IMG/VR virus record: IMGVR_UViG_3300027736_000047
Coordinates: 1-62,193 of that record
Origin: a virus
Lineage: Duplodnaviria > Caudoviricetes
Strand: one strand, 5' to 3'
Length of the DNA: 62,193 bases
In this document: positions 59,055 through 62,193 of the stretch, piece after piece
How positions within the stretch are numbered: the first letter of the stretch is position 1
Layout of the letters: each line of letters begins with the position of its first letter
Notes under the pieces: generated by a model
Databases searched by the model: none
Told to the model about the DNA's origin: nothing
Seen by the model: the letters and a program-made list of their open reading frames with translations, nothing else
Translations under genes and position numbers: made by a program

Positions 59055-59207
59055 TTAAGCCTCACCTTTTGGTGGGGCTTCTGCTTTTACTTCTAGTTTG
59101 TCTACATAACTACCAATAGGTTCTGCGTGGCTATCGCAACAAACTGACCCATCTACCCATACATACCATTCAACTTTATTAGCACAGTCTTCTACATAAC
59201 ACTTCAC
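59055..59207 (-). CDS. Small Cys/His protein (50 aa)
   Basis: GTG start with GAGGTGG RBS overlapping upstream stop; C....C...CC..H. Confidence 0.6.
   Translation of the reverse strand: MKCYVEDCANKVEWYVWVDGSVCCDSHAEPIGSYVDKLEVKAEAPPKGEA
59058..59088 (+). terminator. Intrinsic terminator after nrdJ at the strand convergence
   Basis: AGCCTCACC-TTTT-GGTGGGGCT then TCTGCTTTT. Confidence 0.65.
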
Positions 59208-59560
59208 TTTTCCACCTCTTTTGGTATGGCTTTGCTTTGCTTGGCTATGACTTTGCAATACGCTGTCTTGTGAATCTTTACTTTGTCTTCAATTTTTAAT
59301 AGAGGTCTAATGTCTATATTGTGTTTAAGAACTACCTTTGTTATGGCTTGTTCACATGCAGGACAGACTAATACCAAACATTCTGTTGTTGTATAGTCTT
59401 TCCGCCAGCCTAAATGGATTAACTTATTCCAAAACAATTCTTCGGTATATGGAATAAAACTTAATTCTTCTTGATAATAATGTTTATACTGAGTTTGCTT
59501 GTGCTTTATATACCCCTGATTTAAGTCGTCATAGCGATCTACAAATTGTTTCCCATTCAT
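59204..59560 (-). CDS. Hypothetical protein with CxxC...H...C
   Basis: AGGAG RBS; CPAC. Confidence 0.65.
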   Translation of the reverse strand: MNGKQFVDRYDDLNQGYIKHKQTQYKHYYQEELSFIPYTEELFWNKLIHLGWRKDYTTTECLVLVCPACEQAITKVVLKHNIDIRPLLKIEDKVKIHKTAYCKVIAKQSKAIPKEVEK

Positions 59561-59578
59561 ATCCGCTCCTAACTAACT

Positions 59579-59612
59579 GACTAACTTCTCCTGGTTGCCA
59601 GGTAAGTTAGTT
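59579..59612. repeat. Imperfect palindrome site A
   Basis: GACTAACT-N18-AGTTAGTT with inner CCTGG/CCAGG. Confidence 0.75.
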
Positions 59613-59619
59613 CTGAGAT

Positions 59620-59643
59620 AGCCCCACCATTTCTGATGGGGCT
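59620..59643. terminator. GC-rich stem-loop (possible terminator)
   Basis: AGCCCCA/TGGGGCT. Confidence 0.45.
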
Positions 59644-59686
59644 TCTCCTATTGCTTTGCTTTACTACGCTTCTGCTATGGCTTTTG

Positions 59687-60316
59687 CTATTGCTTTGCTT
59701 TTACTACAAGGAACTGTTCCATTAACTGTTCAGTCTTTGGGGTAATTCCATGCCAAGCATTCCAATTTTTACCACCATTACTCATGTAATAAGTAATGGT
59801 CGCATTGACCACAGGGTTGAGCAGTTCGGCATTAGATTTTAATCCAAACTTATCTCTACGATCTTGACCTAACTCTCCAAGCATATTTATTTGAAACATG
59901 CCCCACGAGTTATCGCCTGTGTCTGTATTTCCATTGTGAGCGAGAGGTCGCCCATTACTTTCTTTCTTAGCGACTGCCCATGCTTCTTGAAGGTCTTGAC
60001 CTTTGAAGCCTACGGCTTGTAGCAACTCGACCAATTCTATATCGGTCAAAGTATTAGCGTTCTGATACTTTTTCAAAGTTGCTTCTCTCTTTGTTTGTTG
60101 AACTAACTGGGCTTCGGCTTTAGTTGGCGCAAAGGCTATGGAAGTTCCAAATGCCATTAAACCAGTTGCTAGGATCAAAACGATCCCACCTACTCCTAGT
60201 GCTTTTAGTTTTGCTTTGGCTCGGCGGTTTTGCTCTGCCATTACCTTTGCTGATGCTTTTGCTATTGCTTTGGCATCTGCTTCGGCTCTGTTGATTATCT
60301 TGTTATTCATCATCAC
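59687..60316 (-). CDS. Membrane-anchored/secreted lytic transglycosylase (SLT/lysozyme-like)
   Basis: TM segment; A..ESNG, GMFQIN, LLNP..NA, W.AW. Confidence 0.85.
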   Translation of the reverse strand: MMMNNKIINRAEADAKAIAKASAKVMAEQNRRAKAKLKALGVGGIVLILATGLMAFGTSIAFAPTKAEAQLVQQTKREATLKKYQNANTLTDIELVELLQAVGFKGQDLQEAWAVAKKESNGRPLAHNGNTDTGDNSWGMFQINMLGELGQDRRDKFGLKSNAELLNPVVNATITYYMSNGGKNWNAWHGITPKTEQLMEQFLVVKAKQ

Positions 60317-61650
60317 TCCAAATAGCCATTGGCACTTTCAGATGCCTTTGACTGGTGTGAACGAAGGCGGTGTAAATACCGCTCTGTCGTCTTGATCGAT
60401 TGATGACCTAATCGCTCTTTTACTTCATGGACATCTACGCCGTTCTTTAATAACTGCGTAGCGTTGGCATGTCGTAAATCGTGAGTTCTAGGAAACCAGC
60501 CGATTGCGGACTTGGCTATTGCTTTGTTCCATGTTGTTCTCCATACATCACGAGGCATGTGGCTCATATTGTTGATGAAACTCCCTTGCTCTTGCTTCTG
60601 CTGATGCTTCTGCTTTGCCTTACGGCTTCGGCTTCCTACCTGCTTTGCTTCTGCTAGTGCTTCTGCTTGGGCTTTGGCTTTGCGGTAGTTTCCTACTGCT
60701 TGCCTACACCCTTCGCATCTACAACCCCCATGTGTATAGGAGTAGAGAGTTCCATGCTGGAACTGTTTTCCGCCCTTCTCGAATGGTCGAGGGGGCTTTG
60801 CGCCTTGTGAACCTTTAAGTTTACTCTCCGTTAATAGTATTGTTCTTGGGAACATCAGATCATCTTTTGCTATGCCTTTTGCTAGGACATACGCTTTTAA
60901 TTGCTGTAATAGGGCTTTGCTTACTACTAAACTTCGCTTTTGCCCCGACTTCGTGGCATCTACCACTAGAAATCTCTCACCTTTGTTATACGCCTTGCCT
61001 AGATCACTAACTCGCCTTTGAATAAATATCTCGCCAGTTTTGAAATTAATGTCTTTTGCTCTTACTTCTGTGGCTTCCCCATAGCGACACCCACTTGCTA
61101 CTAGGAACTGGGCAAATAGTTTAGTTCCGTTAGTTGGTAGGTGCTTCACTATCTCTTTGAACTCGTCAGGCTCTAATACATTGGAAATATCGGCATGATT
61201 AATTTTGATCTTAATTCCATGAGTAGGATTAATTTCCATTTTTCCAGCACTAACTAACTTAGAAAACATAGAGCCAAGAGAAGCCTTAACTTGATTGAGC
61301 GTTGCGGGCTTAACGCCACTTAATTTGAGATCATCAATTAACTTAACTAACTCTGAAGGCTTCAGGGAAGTTAGTTCCCGATCTCCTATAACTGGAATTA
61401 CAAATCTAGTTAAGACCGATTTATAGCCCTTCTTTGTAATCGGCATGAGGTCAGATACCGCCAGCCATTGATCTACATAATCGCCTACCTTCAAATTAGC
61501 CCTTAAAGGGGGCATAGAGCCACACTTCTCCCCCTGTATGGCGTGATACATGGCTTCGGTTTCATTAGCCCATGTGCCAGCCGATACACGCCGATTTCCA
61601 AGCCTGTAATAGCCAGTAAATCTGCCGTTGCGCTCAATCACATACGCCAT
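60313..61650 (-). CDS. Tyrosine recombinase/integrase with ~90 aa Cys/His insertion
   Basis: GCRYGE (R), TKS (K), HDLRH, LGH, TERY (Y); N-terminal arm-binding-like and core-binding domains. Confidence 0.92.
   Translation of the reverse strand: MAYVIERNGRFTGYYRLGNRRVSAGTWANETEAMYHAIQGEKCGSMPPLRANLKVGDYVDQWLAVSDLMPITKKGYKSVLTRFVIPVIGDRELTSLKPSELVKLIDDLKLSGVKPATLNQVKASLGSMFSKLVSAGKMEINPTHGIKIKINHADISNVLEPDEFKEIVKHLPTNGTKLFAQFLVASGCRYGEATEVRAKDINFKTGEIFIQRRVSDLGKAYNKGERFLVVDATKSGQKRSLVVSKALLQQLKAYVLAKGIAKDDLMFPRTILLTESKLKGSQGAKPPRPFEKGGKQFQHGTLYSYTHGGCRCEGCRQAVGNYRKAKAQAEALAEAKQVGSRSRKAKQKHQQKQEQGSFINNMSHMPRDVWRTTWNKAIAKSAIGWFPRTHDLRHANATQLLKNGVDVHEVKERLGHQSIKTTERYLHRLRSHQSKASESANGYLE
61345..61376. 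repeat. Imperfect palindrome site B (inside recombinase ORF)
   Basis: AACTAACT-N16-AGTTAGTT with inner CTGAAG/CTTCAG. Confidence 0.7.
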
Positions 61651-61664
61651 AATTCCCCCACGCT

Positions 61665-61709
61665 CTACTGGCGAGTAACCTACTGGTGGGTAATGTTACT
61701 CACCAGTAG
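61665..61709. repeat. Three abutting 15-mers CTACTGGYGRGTAAY (two direct, one inverted)
   Basis: 61665-61679, 61680-61694, inverted 61695-61709. Confidence 0.85.
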
Positions 61710-61721
61710 GTTCTTAGTCAA
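61693..61721 (-). promoter_or_regulatory. SigA-type promoter of the recombinase
   Basis: TTGACT-N17-TAACAT on minus strand, ~40 nt upstream of ATG. Confidence 0.7.
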
Positions 61722-61758
61722 AAAATAGCCCCTAGCCCAATTCGGATTAGGGGATTAT
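61720..61758 (-). terminator. Intrinsic terminator
   Basis: ATAATCCCCTAATCCG...GGGCTAGGGGCTAT followed by T-run on minus strand. Confidence 0.75.
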
Positions 61759-61795
61759 CTATTAACTACATAAAGAATTAGGCGGTCAGGATTTG

Positions 61796-61881
61796 AACTA
61801 ACTCGGTGGAACACCTGAGAAGTTAGTCAATGGGAAAGTCTGGGCGTGAACTAACTTTTCTGGATTTGAATAAAGTTAGTT
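61796..61881. repeat. Imperfect palindrome sites C and D
   Basis: AACTAACT-N17-AGTTAGTC (61796-61828) and AACTAACT-N17-AGTTAGTT (61849-61881). Confidence 0.75.
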
Positions 61882-61882
61882 C

Positions 61883-62191
61883 CTACCAACTGGCTCGGTA
61901 TAAAAACTCTAACTGATCAGATTGTTCCAGCAAGGTAGTAATTAAATCAACTGTGTATTCCAGTTGGGAGTAGTAGTAATCACCAAGATCATCACTACCA
62001 AAGAAAAATCCAGCAGAAGGTTTAAGTGGATTTTCATAATTATCAACTGTAATTTTTTGATCTAAAGTATTTAAGTAATCACACAATAAATAAAAAACTT
62101 TATTGTTTTCAATCTGATATTGGCGATCAGGATTTGCCAAAGCCTTAACACAATCATTACGCAAAGTTTCTAATTGCTCTCTGCTTAGGTG
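61883..62191 (-). CDS. Conserved phage protein (GFFFG...Y.ASW), 5' truncated by window end
   Basis: Frame stays open to the window edge (HLSREQLETLRNDC...). Confidence 0.75.
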   Translation of the reverse strand, partial: HLSREQLETLRNDCVKALANPDRQYQIENNKVFYLLCDYLNTLDQKITVDNYENPLKPSAGFFFGSDDLGDYYYSQLEYTVDLITTLLEQSDQLEFLYRASW

Positions 62192-62193
62192 TA

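Noticed and set aside
59579-61881. Calling this a canonical integron
   Set aside because: Sites are too short, ends deviate from the attC consensus, one is intragenic, and the IntI-specific motif was not recognised; kept only as an analogy
61651-61882. tRNA gene or tRNA-derived attP next to the recombinase
   Set aside because: No cloverleaf or T-loop GTTCRA...CCA pattern found

Overview
The window is a ~62 kb slice of a tailed dsDNA phage with a contractile tail (myovirus). The host is most likely Actinobacteria: there is a WhiB gene, TANNNT -10 boxes 6-7 nt before ATGs suggest leaderless mRNAs, and the DNA is AT-rich by eye, which would fit freshwater low-GC actinobacteria (inference). Gene order: portal (partial), scaffold, major capsid, neck, proline-free collagen-like fibres, an inverted glycosyltransferase/methyltransferase cassette, a string of 11 tiny mostly lysine-rich ORFs, then sheath, tube, chaperone (probable +1 frameshift), tape measure and baseplate. 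A replication/recombination module follows (initiator with iteron-like repeats, DnaC-like loader, DnaB, primase, SNF2, SSB, PolA, RecA, WhiB, Cas4-like, RuvC-like, SpoVS). Next come an operon of small proteins sharing short N-terminal motifs, a nucleotidyltransferase/HAD-like/TGT-like trio and a class II RNR. The window ends in a convergent minus-strand block with a tyrosine recombinase. That block (59.0-62.2 kb) is the most unusual part: the recombinase carries a ~90 aa Cys/His insertion and is surrounded by, and overlaps, several families of DNA repeats. These are four 32-34 bp imperfect AACTAACT...AGTTAGT hairpins with attC-like ends, a triple 15-mer over its promoter, and a frame-independent TGCT/AGCA lattice. 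No tRNA, rRNA or CRISPR array was seen. All family calls come from motif recognition by eye, not database searches.
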